From: Bugula neritina
Lineage: Eukaryota; Animalia; Bryozoa
Assembly: GCA_964035545.1 (NCBI GenBank)
Contig: OZ037772.1
Coordinates: forward strand, 1,674,001-1,738,000
Direction: 5' to 3'
DNA length: 64,000 bases
A model generated the notes under the pieces. The model saw nothing but the letters and a program-made list of their open reading frames with translations. It was not told the DNA's origin and ran no database searches. The position numbers and the translations under genes are program-made. Every line of letters starts with the position of its first letter. Position 1 is the stretch's first letter. This document shows, piece after piece, positions 62,319 to 64,000 of the stretch.

Positions 62319-64000
62319 CTGTAGTAATTTGTGCAATTACTGAGCGTGAGTTATTTACTTGCGTATAGTTAGCTGGTTATTCTGTTATCAATTACTAAGG
62401 TAGCTGTCGAGTAATTATATTTATTATCCACAATAAAGCATAAACCAAACATCACATCAAATTATCCTATACAAGAGTCAACTACTAACACATGTTACTA
62501 CTACAAGCCTCCGCTTACAAGAACGTGATATAATGTTAATAACCCGGGAAGTGTCACGTGACTCGGAAGCATATCTTCCGGAGCTGCTAATTGGTTGCTA
62601 CATAAGAGTCTAAGTATTCCAAGAGTAGGGAGAGGGCGATTCCTGTATTTGTACTTGCACTACTCACTACAATAGTGATACTCATACTCATAATTAATTT
62701 ATACGATTACGACACTCATAGTGATAGTCATAGTCATACTGATACTCATAGTGATACTTCTTCGTGAATTTAATAATAATTTAATATTATTATCATTGTT
62801 GCTAATATTATGTCTCACTCTTAGTCTAACAGCAGCTCTATGAAGAAGTTAAAGATAACTGATAAAACAAATTTAAAAAATAATACTGCAACAATCAATA
62901 TAATGTATATCAATATGCTAGCAACCTAATTTTCAGCTCACTTCATTAACTTTCCGTGCAGTATTGTGATAAAATAAATTTATTAATGGTGACCTTGACA
63001 TCTTCGTCTAAATGCCTTTCACATCAAGCCCCGAACCAATTTGTAAAAATTTTGGATTTTTTACTTTTAAATATTTTTTACGAAAAGAGCTTCAAAATAA
63101 ATTTAAAAAAAAGTGAGCTGTTGTCCACATGAAAGGAAATATATGAGCCAATTTTCTAAATTCTGGAAGTTACCAGAGGGTCACAATATTTTTTTTTAAA
63201 ATCTTTATTTTCACGACAAGCTCTATATATAATAATATAGAAAAAAAGAAGACAACTCTTCTTTAAGATTTTTCATTTGCCACGGTCACGTCAATATCAG
63301 TGCTATTAACACATATATTTTAATTCATTTTTTCTGGTATATTGAGTTGAGATTTTTTTTATATATTTTGTGAATGTAACTAAAAAAGTATGATCTTTCA
63401 ATTAACAGTAATTGATTTTATCAAAATAACCTGGATGCCTACGATGTTTAACTTCTCTCTTTGTTTGTGATTGCATCAATCTGTGTACAAAACGTAATCA
63501 ATTCTAGTATCTCAATTGTTCGTAGAAAGTAAGTCGTATATTTGTCTCAAAGTTATTAAAAAGTAATTCCTGTGTTGATACCCATCTGATCTTAAAATAG
63601 TAATAGTTTTAGATAACATAAAAATCTGACATTTACATTCGCATAACCACAGCTGAGCAGTAGTAGACCATAATATTTTTAGTCTCACTGAACACGTTCC
63701 TTTATCATACTCCGACATAATAGTTATAGTAGATATTAATATAGAGATTTGAACTATACTACTCAGTTCTACTACCCGATCCAACACCGCGGCTACAAAC
63801 AAACATCTTAACCTTGGCTTTGCTTTGCGCTACTCTACATCAGCACGTCATACATTACATCTAAACAAACATTAAAATAATTGAGTGGGCCTAAGTGACA
63901 ACTATAACAAAAATTGACTCTTCAATTCTAATGAAAAATCACGAAATTTTCAGACAAACTATACTGCATTTCAACTTTGTGACTATCACATAATAATAAT

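Larger units (their letters stand above)
57407..62671 (-). mobile_element. Element C: non-autonomous Ty3/Gypsy relative of B (gag, protease, IN zinc finger and accessory gene; no RT, RNase H or IN core)
   Basis: 352-bp LTRs at 57407-57758 and 62320-62671 (3 mismatches seen, including the terminal base at 57407); TSD ATAG; same PBS and PPT region as B. Confidence 0.95.

Overview
AT-rich, intron- and repeat-rich invertebrate (metazoan) genomic DNA. Host-derived content: a decayed fibrillar-collagen pseudogene (+, ~2.4-11.0 kb), an apparently intact 7-exon TRIM-like gene (RING, two B-boxes, coiled coil, propeller-like C-terminus; +, 27461-33357), an inverted copy of its last exon, and an exon-deleted valyl-tRNA synthetase pseudogene (-, 38517-44515). 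There are also many minisatellites, MITEs and SINE/Penelope relics. Three young Ty3/Gypsy LTR retrotransposons, all on the minus strand, have intact LTRs, TSDs and PBS: element A (21355-26364, Mag-like, RT split by a 250-bp hairpin MITE), element B (46477-54049, full gag/pol) and element C (57407-62671, a relative of B with in-frame loss of RT/RNaseH and the integrase core). The main finding is that B and C each carry, in the env position, a homologous sense-strand gene that is predicted to be spliced: a 25-nt ATG micro-exon, a phase-1 GT-AG intron, then an exon encoding two zinc fingers and a C-terminal coiled coil. B and C also have complementary defects (B has the enzymes but a dead Gag zinc knuckle; C has an intact knuckle but no enzymes) and appear to use different gag-pol recoding (in-frame UAG versus -1 slippery site plus hairpin). 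This suggests a possibly undescribed two-component retroelement system with a regulatory accessory gene. All of this was read by eye; no database search was possible.
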